64,000 nt of DNA from Nitrosopumilus sp. (GTDB lineage Archaea; Thermoproteota; Nitrososphaeria; Nitrososphaerales; Nitrosopumilaceae). The translations under genes were made by a program, and so were the position numbers. Location of the stretch: positions 288,001 to 352,000 of the forward strand of contig OZ242186.1 of NCBI GenBank assembly GCA_965205675.1, written 5' to 3'. Positions 9,985 to 19,726 of this stretch are shown here, one piece after another (within the stretch, counting starts at the first letter, position 1; each line of letters starts with the position of its first letter). The notes under the pieces are model-generated. The model was not told the origin of the DNA. It saw only the letters and a list, made by a program, of their open reading frames with translations, and searched no databases.

Positions 9985-10140
9985 TTGAAAATATTGGATG
10001 CATCAACAATAATTGCAGTGTTTAATGAGATTGATTGTCCTGAATTAATTGACAAAATAATACAGCTAGGACATGACTTAGTACTACCATCTCATATACT
10101 GTATAGTGAATTATTGGATAAATCAACATTAAAAATAACT
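9985..10140 (+). pseudogene. PIN-domain toxin, 5' fragment truncated by IS
   Basis: TTG-start LKILDASTIIAVFNEIDCPELI...LVLPSHILYSEL has the PIN N-terminal acidic motif and is cut at the IS end at 10141. Confidence 0.6.
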
Positions 10141-10353
10141 GAGACTTGGGCATAATTAATTCTAATTTTCGAGTTAATTCTCAAATTATTCAAATAGAAA
10201 AAGCTAAGGATCTTATCATGTTTTGTTCATTGGAATGTCAAAACAAATGAAAATTCCTAGCAAGATTCTATCAGAATCATTTCTTATTGGTGTGTTATAT
10301 TTGGTGGGAATGTTGTCTCTGTATGAAGACGTACTCAGAGCCGGCAGACCATA

Positions 10354-11440
10354 TACCTCGGAGCATAATTCTTTGCAATTTTTCAAAACAAATAGCAATA
10401 CTTTTTGATCAGTAGTTAGAAATAATTTCATGGACATCACAAATGACGAGTTACTCCAGGCCTACAAAAAAGAAAAGTACGGTAAGAAAAAGGAAAGATT
10501 ACATGCAATATGTAAGATTAAAATCAATAAATCTACAATTGCTGAAACTGCCAACCAAATGTTTTGTACCTACAATTCTGTAAGGAATTGGCTTGATTCA
10601 TTTGAAAAATATGGATTGGAGGATCTCCCTCGTTCTGGCCGTCCGCCATTAATCTCACACAAAAAATTACAAAAAATAGAGCGTACATTTAAGAAAATTT
10701 CAGATGGAATGACTCCAAAGAAACTGATACAATTCATATTTTACAGAACACACATCACATATCATATCACTCATGTGCGTCGTTTGATGCACAAATGGAA
10801 TCTAAAACCAAAGGTTCCACAAAAGGTACATGTGCGAGCAGCATCCAAGGATGCATGCCGCAAGTGGAAAAACCGCATCATTTCACGCATAGAAAAGGCA
10901 AAAAAGAAAGGTTTTACAGTATTTATCCAAGACGAGTCTGTATTTGTAGACGATGTACGTCTTGGCAAAAAATACTGGACAGATGCACACCAAAGAATGA
11001 TTGTACGTTGGAGAGGATCACATCAAAGATTTTTGGTTTATGGAATGGTGACAGATGGCAATCAAAGTTTTTTTAGATCGTATGAAAAATTTAACTCCAT
11101 TGCATTTATGGATTATTTGGAGGCAGCTCGTAGAAAATTTGGAAAAATATTTGTTATCGTCGATAGAGCACCGCAACACAAAGCTAATGATGTAAAAAAA
11201 TATCTGCGTAAAAACAAAGATGTCAAACTGGCATATCTTCCGAGAGGTTCCCCGCATTTGAGTATGATTGAAGAGATTTGGAGGCAGTGCAAACATGTTA
11301 ATGTTGAATCAGAATTTTATGAATCTATTCATGAAATGAGGCATACAGTTATGGAATATTTTAGAACGCACAAATTTAATTTGAATATGTATCAGTATTT
11401 TGCAAGAACAGTAAATTGAAAAGACTTATGATCTGGGGTA
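10354..11440 (+). mobile_element. IS630-family element; single 329-aa transposase ORF 10430-11419
   Basis: HTH + DDE (QDES, VDRAPQH, IEEIW); imperfect TIRs TACCTCGGAGCATAA / TTATGATCTGGGGTA; TA duplication. Confidence 0.92.
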
Positions 11441-11473
11441 TACGTGTATCCAACATCCAGATGGTGTAATTAC

Positions 11474-12550
11474 TAGACCTCTTGCGTAATTACAAACAAA
11501 ATCTTATCTTTCATTGAATTTAATTTCAAATAATTTCTAATCTTATGGAATCACAACAAACTCTTGCTTCCATCTTGTCTTGAAATTCACAATTCCACAT
11601 ACGATGTCACTTATTGCATCATACCTGCACAATCTATTCCTAAATGTCTCAGAATTAATCCTAAACTTTTTGATTTGAGAGATAATATGTTCTACTTTTA
11701 TTCGGATTCTTGACTGCATCTTGTTCCATTCCTTTTGATGTATGGTCAGTTTTTTTCCTTTCTTTTTCTTGTATGGTAGAATGCTTGTCTGTTCTGGGAA
11801 ATCTTTTTCCACTCCCAAATACCCAAGGTCATAAAATATCATCACATCTTCGGGCAGTTCTGGATGTCTGATTTTCAGTATGGCATAATCATGTTACCTG
11901 GAGAATGTGGGGGTTTGTGGATTATCTCACCTTTCTGGTTTATGGTGATTTGGTTTTTTATTGTGTGTTTTTTCTTTTTGCCTGAATAGTGAGTCTTTCT
12001 TTTCTTTTTGTTCTGGGGTCTTGGGATTGGTTGTTCAGTACCATCAGTCATTGCAATTAATTCAGGAAAGAACAGTTGGAGTTGCTGTACATCATTTATC
12101 TTTTTAGAATCAGAGTATAGTTTTGCAGGAATAGGAACTGTTTTTCTTACTGCAGGCTCTAAATCTGATGTTTCTGTAGACGTTGCTCTGGTCTAATCCA
12201 AACAGATATCCTGTCAATTCACATGTCAGGTACATCCGATAGTAAACAAACAACATTACAAGCTGGTCTTCAAGACTCAAATCAAACTTTCGCCCAGCTC
12301 CGATACTTCTTTTTCTCTTTGCTTTGGATAGTCTCTTCTTTTCTTCTATACGGTGATTCTTTCTGACATCCTTTAGAATCACATCAAACTGTTGCCTAGT
12401 CACTCCAGTAAAAGAGAGAAGGGATTTTGGCTTTTTTGAGAGTTGCTTGTATGTTAACATGAAATGTGTTAAGTTGTTCTTAGCTTTGGATCTTGCTGTG
12501 AAGGAATTTGTGTAATATGGTAAAATATGTCTAATTACGCAAGAGGTCTA
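11474..12550 (-). mobile_element. IS5-family (ISL2-like, DDE_Tnp_4) element; frameshifted transposase
   Basis: TIR TAGACCTCTTGCGTAATTA at both ends; ORFs 12110-12460 (HTH_Tnp_4-like) and 11543-11845 (YDLGYLG, RIKVEH). Confidence 0.88.
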
Positions 12551-12716
12551 CTTATCATAAAATCTTGGATGAGAATACCAAGCAACAATACATTTCATTA
12601 TTTTCTTTCAATTAAAGGCATCAATGATAAATTGTTCAAGGTTTGTAAATTAACTCGGAATTCCAGACAGAAGAACTATTGACAGACGATTTCAATTTCT
12701 ACCCATTAGTGACATG

Positions 12717-13814
12717 TACTCTCTAACAAAATTTTATGATCTGTTGATCTGATTTATTTTACCAAATGCCATATTGATCAAAACATTACACATCAAACCA
12801 TGAATAATCAAAAATTAATTCAAGCATACAAAGATGAAAAGAACGTCAAGGTAAAAGAAAGGCTATTTTTGATAAAGCGAGTATTACTTGAGAACCAAAT
12901 TGCATCACATGTTGCAAAGAATCTTGGACGTGTACGTTCATGGGCATACAAATGGTTAGATAGATTTGCAGAATATGGAATTGCAGGACTGCAAGACTTG
13001 CCTAGAACTGGCAGACCAACTAGTATACCAAAAAAGAAACTAGTCAGCATTCAACTACAAATTGCAGAAAAACAATCCGGCTGGAGTGCAAAGCAAGTGA
13101 TGAATCTGATTTATCAAAAATCAGGTGTAAAATATCATGAGGTTCATGTGTACAGATTATTACACAAATGGGGATTTGTTCCAAAGGTTGCAGCAAAGAG
13201 ATTTGTAAATTCAGCTAGTGTTGAGGAAAAACTCTGGTTTAAAAAAACTCCAAAGAACAAATAGCCTCAAAAATAGCAAAAGGCTTTACAGTTCTTGCAC
13301 AAGATGAGTCCATCTTTACTGCTGATGCGATATTTAGAAAAAAGATGTGGGTAAAGAAAGGAACCCGTCCAATTATTCTAGTAAACGGGTCACATCAAAA
13401 AACAATCATTTTTGGTGCACTGACTCATGACGGCAGGCAATTATTCAGACAATATGAAAAATTTGATCAGTACTGTTTTTTGGATTATCTAAAGGAATTG
13501 CACAGAAAGTTTGGCAAGATTCTAGTCTATGTAGACCGAGCACCACAACACAGATCAAAACTAGTACAAAAATATCTTGATGAGAATGCAGATGATGTTC
13601 TATTGAATTGGTTTCCAAAAGGCTCACCACAGTTCAATGCAGTTGAGGAAGTATGGAAGCAAGGAAAATACAATTTGTTGGTGTCACAGTATCAACCATC
13701 TCTAAGTAATCTGAAAAATAACATCTCCAAATATTACAGAACCAGACGATTCAATTTAGACATTCTCAAGTATATGCAACGAGAGGATGGTTGACGAACT
13801 TATGTTAGGAAGTA
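12717..13814 (+). mobile_element. IS630-family element; two ORFs joined by a probable programmed -1 frameshift
   Basis: ORFs 12800-13264 and 13345-13794 in a -1 frame relation; slippery TTTAAAAAAAC near 13238-13248; TIRs TACTCTCTAACAAAA / TTATGTTAGGAAGTA. Confidence 0.9.
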
Positions 13815-14695
13815 TGATTAGTACCATGGGCAACAAATTCATCTCAGAGGGGTTGTGGAAGACAATTCAGCATCAGGGGATAGCTCAATGCTAAAAGCAG
13901 ATGGGTCCAGTATGGCACAAATCAGACATGAAGAATAATTGTTTACCAATATCAGGAATTGACACTGATTGTTCAATGGGGATTCTCCAAATCAAAGGGT
14001 CAGATATTTGGATACAAACTGCACATGAGTTGTAGTACTGGCAAACTGGTTGTTCCTTTATCTGCTGATGTCTCAACTGCAAATGTTTCTGATGGTAAAA
14101 TGTATTATACAATAGTTGAATCGCTTTCAGGACTGGTTGAGAATATCTTATGTGATCCAGCATATGATGATAAATCATTATATCAGTTTAGTGATGAGAG
14201 ACATTTGAGATTGATTTGTCCTATCAAAATATATCCATCAACACCACCAGAGCGAATCAAACTTGCAGATTTTTATAATTCTGTACAAGGTCAAGAGTTA
14301 TACTTACAAAGAAAAGTTTCAATTGAACCTTTATTTGAAATATTCAAAGATACGTTCAACATTAGAACTGTACATGTGAAAGGATTTGACAACGTGAAAT
14401 CATTTGTATTGGTTTGTGTGTTGGTGTATCAACTTGCAGTATATTACAATTGCATAACAAAAACAGAGAATCCAAGAATTGTGAAGAGAATGCTGTGTTG
14501 CTAGAGCGATATTGGAAATTATTTTTGTAATTGATTATGCCCAAGTTTCATATATCTATCACTAGGTGTATAGACGGGAAATGAATAATTATTGAAAAAC
14601 ATGGCTTTAGAAGATAGAATTTCAAATTCTGAATCCATGTCAAATTTTGTTGTATTATGAAATCTCATTTGTTTATTTTTTCAAGCCCAATATGA

Positions 14696-15244
14696 TTAAC
14701 TCATAAAATTTATAAATTTAGTATGAAGTTCAGGCATTTCCTGATGTAGCCATTGATATAGTCTGCCAAATTCTGTTGCTTCTTGAATTACATATTGTTC
14801 AATTTTATCAAATTGTTTTTCTTGATACCATGTAGGAATTGGACTGCCACTATGTTTTTTGCCAGTCATTTTATCTAAACCTGAATTACGAAATTCACCT
14901 TTATTCATTAGAACCAATATACCTTTAAGATCCAGACAAGGTCTAGACAAGACACTGATTGGAAATTTATTATATTTTGAAGATTTTTCTAAAAGAAATT
15001 TATGCTCAAAACCTAAATTGACACCAACTGGAATGAAATCAAAAATATTTGAGTTAACTATAGGAGAATCCACAATAAATTTTTGAAGCATTTCTGATTC
15101 ACCTAACTCCCACTCTTTCAATAGATGTAGTTCTCCTATCGGTTTTCCTGTACCTCGTTCTAATTCCTGATATTGAATTGTAATTATTTTATTAGTTACT
15201 TCATCAATTCCAGTTGTTTCAATGTCAAGATAATAAGATGCCGT
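14696..15244 (-). CDS. RNase H-fold 3'-5' exonuclease (DEDD/YprB-like); full frame starts at ACG
   Basis: Frame is open upstream of the track start: ACG-ASYYLDIETTG (ExoI), GVNLGFE (ExoII-like), YVIQE (ExoIII-like). Confidence 0.7.
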   Translation of the reverse strand, partial: TASYYLDIETTGIDEVTNKIITIQYQELERGTGKPIGELHLLKEWELGESEMLQKFIVDSPIVNSNIFDFIPVGVNLGFEHKFLLEKSSKYNKFPISVLSRPCLDLKGILVLMNKGEFRNSGLDKMTGKKHSGSPIPTWYQEKQFDKIEQYVIQEATEFGRLYQWLHQEMPELHTKFINFMS

Positions 15245-15386
15245 GCTAAATTATGATCTTAGAATTATTTTAATTTTTCAATTTAATTCCAATATCTTCA
15301 TAAGGTAAGTGAAGAATCTCATAACCTGAACAGTACTTGGGAAAGTAACTCAATTTAGATCACAAACTAACCATTATTTCATCAGT

Positions 15387-15516
15387 TATACTCAATAACA
15401 AAAATTCGTCACCCTATTTTGAACTCGATTTACGTACATTGTAGATTCAAGTTTAAATTTCAGGAATTAGCATAATTTGGAAGATTTTAGGTCATGAATA
15501 TTTGTTAGACAGTATA
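15387..15516. mobile_element. 130-bp MITE with IS630-type ends, copy 1
   Basis: TATACTCAATAACAAA...TTTGTTAGACAGTATA; near-identical copy at 53807-53936; ends resemble those of the IS630 at 12717. Confidence 0.85.
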
Positions 15517-15588
15517 TGGTTATAGTTATTTTTGAGATCATAATTGTTGGTTTCTTTAGTGGAATAAAACCCCAATACTATTTGGAAG

Positions 15589-16999
15589 GTAACTGTCTAG
15601 AGTTTTGAAGTAAAATCTCCAAGATATTCTAAAGAATAATCATGAAAGTTTAATCCTCGTAATCTGCATGTCTCCTTTATACTCATCAGTATCTTATGAG
15701 AATCAGCACCATGAATGGTTCTATGACCGTTTGTAATTTTACGAATTATCACATTTGGTCTGATTGCCCTCTCTGCTGTGTTATTGTGTGAATCAGTTCC
15801 AGTAATTAGGAATGTAAAAAGCATTTTTCTCTCACGTTTCAATCTTTTTACAAACCTGATACAGTTTTTCTCTGTGTATTTTTTTGATATGATGTGATTA
15901 ATTCTCCTTTCAAGATTCTTTTTTGCATGGATTCTTTCTGATTCTGATTTTATTTTTGCCACACCATGAGAGTCATAAATTATTTTCTTGAGATTCTTGG
16001 CAAATGGTGCAAATTCTGGTCCGGGATTCTTGTGATTAATGGTATCATTAACCTCTCTGAGATAATGGATGTGACATTTCTGGTGAGTGCTTCCAACATG
16101 GTTCCATGCAGGGTACGAATCACTTGTAATGTTGCCATCATATCCCTTGAGAATTCTCTTGGGAACATCCATTGAACGTGATTTGTCAATCTCGTAAATT
16201 ACAGTCCATTTACTCACAAATGCCCACAACCAGTGGTTCTGGCCATCTACCCTCCAACTTGTCTCATCACCATGTATGTTTAGATCTTCTTTTAACTCCA
16301 CAATCATTGTATCATATCTGCTCCCAAATGCTTTTGATACTATTGATACTGCATGATTAATTGCAGATTCTGTAATGTGCAGTGAGAAGAGCATCTGCAA
16401 AAGATGAGATATTTTACCATACGATAATCCGATAGTTTTCAGTGATATGATTAGCACCATGAGCCTAATTCCAAACCTTTCATTTGACAGTACAGTGTGA
16501 ATGTTACCCGAGATTTGTTTTTTGCAGTTTGTGCAGTATCGTCTAACTATCGTATATTTTGTCACAACTGCTTTTGCAGGAATGATGTCTTCTACTATTC
16601 TGGTGTATGAATCAGTTGGTTCTGAGAGTGATTTGCCACATGTGTTGCACTCTTTTTGGTCAACTGTAATGGCATCATCAATGTGTGTTTGTCTGCTTCT
16701 GCTTTTTCTAGGATGTCTTGATGTTTTCTTCTTTTTTGCAGTTTCAGTCTTGTTTGGTTTTGCTTTGATATTTCTTGCAACAAGTGTAGACACTGTTTGT
16801 TTTAGTTCTGCAATTTCTCTGTGTAGTGATTCAATATCTTTGCGTAACTGACGGTTTTCTTGCTCCAGCGAGTGACATCTGTTACGATAATATTCCAGCT
16901 CATCATATACTGACAATTGTATATTGTAATTTGTCACTGATCAGAAAAGATATAGATAAAAAATATTAAAGAAAGTACTTCAAAACTCTAGACAGTTAC
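15589..16999 (-). mobile_element. IS66-family element, copy 2; intact transposase 15597-16937
   Basis: Same 1411-bp length and TIRs as copy 1; own 8-bp TSD TTTGGAAG (15581-15588/17000-17007). Confidence 0.95.
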
Positions 17000-17144
17000 T
17001 TTGGAAGATGTCCGATAGTTACTTTCCCAAGTACTGTTCATAGGATTAAAGAAAAGATTTGCCAGTATCAGAGATTAGAACTCCCATCACTCAAACAGAA
17101 CCAAAATCTTACAGAATTTCATAATAATCTTACAGAAATTGAAA

Positions 17145-17218
17145 AGCTTCGAACGGGATCTGAACCCGTGACCTTTACATTACCAATGTAACGCTCTACC
17201 AGACTGAGCTACCGAAGC
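17145..17218 (-). tRNA. tRNA-Thr(GGT)
   Basis: GCTTCGGTAGCTCAGTCTGGTAGAGCG TTACA TTGGTAA TGTAA AGGTCACGGGTTCAGATCCCGTTCGAAGCT cloverleaf. Confidence 0.96.
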
Positions 17219-17309
17219 ACAAATTCACCCTGTAGAAAATCCTTATAATTCTTCATTCTAGGCGAATTTACTCTAAACTGTTAAATTTCACTCAGATTTT
17301 TATTCTTTT

Positions 17310-17431
17310 GGAGGAGTAATCAAGCCTGGCCAAAGTAAGTACATTGTGCTTTTGGACATGCAGGACTTAAGATCAAATAATGGGTGATCCTGTCTCTCAG
17401 GAGTTCGTGGGTTCAAATCCCACCTCCTCCA
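17310..17431 (+). tRNA. tRNA-Leu(TAA) with two introns (D-arm ~17336-17357; anticodon loop 37/38 ~17372-17386)
   Basis: Removing both inserts gives GGAGGAGTAATCAAGCCTGGCCAAAGATGCAGGACTTAAGATCCTGTCTCTCAGGAGTTCGTGGGTTCAAATCCCACCTCCTCCA, a normal type II tRNA. Confidence 0.88.
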
Positions 17432-17432
17432 C

Positions 17433-17819
17433 TTATCTTGGATTTTTGATTCCTCTAGCGTTTAGAACTTCATAAACATCTGGTAATGAGAATACAAAAC
17501 CAACATGGACACAATCTTTCTCATCACAGAGCTGACAAAACAATTCGCCTTTTTGAATTGCAACTTCTGCAATTCTATCTTTGATATTGTCTTTTAGAAC
17601 AACACGATCATCATCTACTGAAATCTTTTCAATCTTTGGAGCGTATCTTGCAAAGGTTTTGTCCTTTTGCATCATCTCCTCTAACATGTAAGTTACATAA
17701 CCTGCAAAACTATTGACACCCTTCATTGTTAGGTCATCTTTACTCTTTTGATAAACCTCGTGGAATTTATCATAAACAATTTCTGAAACAGTGATTGATT
17801 TGAATCCAGCTTTTGGCAA
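17433..17819 (-). CDS. Small protein with RHH-like N-terminus and C-terminal CxxC-x4-CxH Zn site; putative regulator
   Basis: KSITVSEIVYDKF...SFAGYVTYML resembles RHH; CQLCDEKDCVH is SWIM-like. Confidence 0.8.
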   Translation of the reverse strand: MPKAGFKSITVSEIVYDKFHEVYQKSKDDLTMKGVNSFAGYVTYMLEEMMQKDKTFARYAPKIEKISVDDDRVVLKDNIKDRIAEVAIQKGELFCQLCDEKDCVHVGFVFSLPDVYEVLNARGIKNPR

Positions 17820-17833
17820 TTTACTTTCCCTTA

Positions 17834-17851
17834 CCGTACTATACAGTACGG
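17834..17851. promoter_or_regulatory. 18-bp palindromic operator candidate CCGTACT-ATAC-AGTACGG
   Basis: Perfect 7-bp arms between a minus-strand TATA (TTATATA, 17855-17861) and the TTG start at 17819; 16/18 match at the radA start. Confidence 0.7.
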
Positions 17852-17935
17852 GAGTATATAATGTTTTATTTTAAAACAGCGTCTGCTGACTCGATGAAAA
17901 TTAGTCTTTATAGAATACCATAGTCCAAAAGCACT

Positions 17936-18829
17936 ATGGGAAAAGGCTATTCCACTGAAGAGATTAGGGAGAAACTAATTTCAATTTTAGCTGATGATGT
18001 CTCTGGAATGTCTGGTGTTGAAATTTCTGAAAAAATTGAAATCAATAGAGTCACCATGTCAAAGTATCTCAAAGTTTTTGCAGCAGAAGGATTGCTAAGA
18101 CAAAAAAATATAGGAAATGTTACTTTGTGGTTTTTAGAACCTGGACAAGAATCATTTAATTTCCCTGATGATTATTTCAAAATCGCATCACAATATCTTG
18201 AATATCTAGTTAAAGGTACTGAAGACCAAGTCTATTCTTTAATTCGTAACTGTTTGCATTCTGGAGGTATTGCTAATCGATTGGTACTAGAAGCAATTTT
18301 TCCATCCATTAAACATGTACAGAAATTGTATGATGATGGTAAAATTGGAACATCTGAACTAAATTTACTGATGAATACCATTTCACAATCTCTCCAAATT
18401 TTTAATCAAATTCAAGTTGTCTCTGATCCAAAAAAGAATATAGTAGTAATTGCATCTGATGCCCAAAGCCGATTATCTTCTGAAGCAGCTTCTGCTGTTT
18501 ATCATTCTGATGGTTGGAGGGTTTCTCATTTAGGTGATATGTCATCTGCAATCAATGTACTCTTTGATCTTGATTTTCAAAAATTAATTGGCAAGATATG
18601 GAAACAAAAACCTGGCATTTTGGTTGTAGTGATATTCGCTCAAACTGATGAAGGTTTAAACTTTTTTGCAGACTCTATAAACCCAATAAAAGAGAAATCT
18701 GGCAAACAAATGAAATTGGCTCTTTGTGGCAAGGTATCTAAAAAATCCAAAATTGTTTCTGATCTGATCTCTGAGAAAATTGAAGATATTTTACAATGGT
18801 CTCAAACGATATCTCAAAATTTGAAATAG
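17936..18829 (+). CDS. HTH transcriptional regulator with B12-binding-like C-terminal domain
   Basis: N-terminal wHTH (GMSGVEISEKIEINRVTMSKYL), four-helix cap and Rossmann-like domain (GWRVSHLG). Confidence 0.75.
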   Translation: MGKGYSTEEIREKLISILADDVSGMSGVEISEKIEINRVTMSKYLKVFAAEGLLRQKNIGNVTLWFLEPGQESFNFPDDYFKIASQYLEYLVKGTEDQVYSLIRNCLHSGGIANRLVLEAIFPSIKHVQKLYDDGKIGTSELNLLMNTISQSLQIFNQIQVVSDPKKNIVVIASDAQSRLSSEAASAVYHSDGWRVSHLGDMSSAINVLFDLDFQKLIGKIWKQKPGILVVVIFAQTDEGLNFFADSINPIKEKSGKQMKLALCGKVSKKSKIVSDLISEKIEDILQWSQTISQNLK

Positions 18830-18833
18830 GAAA

Positions 18834-18908
18834 TGGGCCCGATGAGATTCGAACTCATGACCTTTCGATTATCAGTCGAACGCTCCAGCCAAGCTGAGCT
18901 ACGAGCCC
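18834..18908 (-). tRNA. tRNA-Ile(GAT)
   Basis: GGGCTCGTAGCTCAGCTTGGCTGGAGCG TTCGA CTGATAA TCGAA AGGTCATGAGTTCGAATCTCATCGGGCCCA. Confidence 0.97.
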
Positions 18909-18941
18909 ACGAACAAATCTCTAGGCTAGACTCATTTAAGT

Positions 18942-19496
18942 TTAATTTTCTTTCCACTTGATTGAGCATCCAATTGATGGGTCAAAATCTTTTTCAATTT
19001 TTTCTCCGGCTATTAATCTCTCCATATTGAGGATCATTGTTTTTTCTGTTGTCTTATCATCTGGTTTCATAGCGTTGTCTATCTTCCCATGATAAACTAG
19101 TTGTTTTTGCGCATTAAACAAGAATGGATCTGGAGTACACATTGCTCCGTATTTCTTTGCAATCTCTTGTGTCTCATCTACTAGATAATCAAAACCAAAT
19201 CCTTTCTCTTTGGCAATTTGTTTCATTGTATCAAAATTATCTTCTGGATAATTAGTAGAATCATTACTGTTAATTCCAATTATTGCAATGTCTTTACCGC
19301 ATTTCTCGTATAATTCATTGAATGCATCCACTTTTGCTTTAACATATGGACAATGGTTACACATGAAAATTACTAAAATCCCCTTGTAACTATTATAATC
19401 ATTTAATGAATGCATTTTGTCATCGACTCCCAGTAATTTGAAATCTGGTGCAATATCTCCTGTTTTTAGTTTGATTTGTGATTCTAAAAGTACCAT
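18942..19496 (-). CDS. Thioredoxin-fold AhpC/TSA family protein
   Basis: APDFKL, CNHCPYV, GINSND, TPDPF, GCSIKW motifs. Confidence 0.92.
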   Translation of the reverse strand: MVLLESQIKLKTGDIAPDFKLLGVDDKMHSLNDYNSYKGILVIFMCNHCPYVKAKVDAFNELYEKCGKDIAIIGINSNDSTNYPEDNFDTMKQIAKEKGFGFDYLVDETQEIAKKYGAMCTPDPFLFNAQKQLVYHGKIDNAMKPDDKTTEKTMILNMERLIAGEKIEKDFDPSIGCSIKWKEN

Positions 19497-19576
19497 ATTG
19501 AAAAGATTGTCTTTTCAAATAAAATTCTTGTCAAGAAGACAACAATTAAAATCCACATTTTATCCATCTTCCGTGT

Positions 19577-19650
19577 GGGCCGGTAGTATAGCCTGGTAGT
19601 ATACCCGCCTTGCACGCGGGGGGTCACGGATTCAAATTCCGTCCGGTCCA
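19577..19650 (+). tRNA. tRNA-Ala(TGC)
   Basis: GGGCCGG...CCCGC CTTGCAC GCGGG...CCGGTCCA with a G3:U70 pair. Confidence 0.96.
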
Positions 19651-19726
19651 CTTTTAACCTCCTCGATCAGTGCTGAAATTCATACTTCCGGATGGATTTA
19701 AATAGGATAAGTTTCGGTTTTCTCTT

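Larger units (their letters stand above)
10141..14549 (+). mobile_element. Degenerate DDE_Tnp_1-type IS (IS982/IS5-like) carrying three nested insertions
   Basis: TIRs GAGACTTGGGCATAAT / ATTATGCCCAAGTTTC. Transposase pieces at 10223-10353, 11443-11473, 12551-12716 and 13815-14504 (IPDRRTIDRRF, WGFSKSKG..FGYKLH, DPAYD, RKVSIEPLF). Confidence 0.85.
15331..17036. mobile_element. Non-autonomous ISH3-like element hosting an IS630-type MITE and IS66 copy 2
   Basis: TIR CAGTACTTGGGAAAGTAACT / AGTTACTTTCCCAAGTACTG, closely related to the ends of the 54113-55433 element. Confidence 0.8.

Noticed and set aside
8092-16999. Composite transposon formed by the two IS66 copies
   Set aside because: Each copy has its own different 8-bp TSD, so they inserted independently.
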